Source of the DNA: Eledone cirrhosa
Taxonomy: Eukaryota
Direction: 5' to 3'
Length of the DNA stretch: 64,000 nt
NCBI GenBank assembly: GCA_964016885.1
Contig: OZ024766.1
Span: 8,556,001 to 8,620,000, forward strand
Shown here: piece by piece, positions 63,623-64,000 of the stretch
Position numbering within the stretch: the first letter of the stretch is position 1
Layout: each line of letters starts with the position of its first letter
The notes under the pieces: generated by a model
Databases searched by the model: none
The model's input: the letters and a program-made list of their open reading frames with translations, nothing else
What the model was told of the DNA's origin: nothing
Position numbers and translations under genes: made by a program

Positions 63623-64000
63623 AACGAGTAGGACCCCGACGGCTGAGCTCAAGCCGTTTCGACGGCTAATTCTGGACTCAATTAGTCCAGAATTAGCCGT
63701 CGAAATGGCTTGAGCTCAGCCGTCGGGGTCCTACTCGTTCCTATTACCCACTCTACTACCCTAAGTATTGAGTACTTTGGTGCGTTATGGTCCACCTGGT
63801 TCCTTACCACATTTCCTTCGTTATATATATATATATGTATATATGGAGAGATAGAATGATGGAGAGGGAGTGAGAGAGATATATAGAGAAAGAATCAACC
63901 CCAGTATAGGACTGGTACTTTTTTTGATTGACCTCGAAAGGATGAAAGGCAAAGTTCACCTCGGCGGGATTTGAACTCAGAGAGCAGGAAGCCAAAACAA

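Overview
Repeat-dense animal genomic DNA; the SINE repertoire and (TA)n load suggest an octopod cephalopod (inference). Genes, all on the minus strand except the tRNA: (1) the 5' part of an unidentified multi-exon gene (coding exons 6004-6588, 3597-3747, 1651-1695, 598-645; continues off the left edge); (2) tRNA-Cys(GCA) at 11325-11396 (+); (3) WDR61/SKI8, with ten coding exons from 32037 to 14340 reconstructed with consistent GT-AG phases but no initiator exon found nearby; (4) an intronless 1402-aa TFIIIA (GTF3A) at 41052-45260 with the nine canonical fingers plus a long repeat-expanded tail and four extra C2H2 fingers; (5) a tentative chain of small exons at 53526-58853. The rest is RTE-, CR1- and Tx1-like LINE fragments, two tRNA-derived SINE families, piggyBac- and mariner-type MITEs, a Helitron end, about ten long palindromes resembling Penelope-type termini, and many 33-130 bp minisatellites, several traceable to the TE or exon boundary they sit in. 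Most long ORFs in the supplied track are translations of these repeats.
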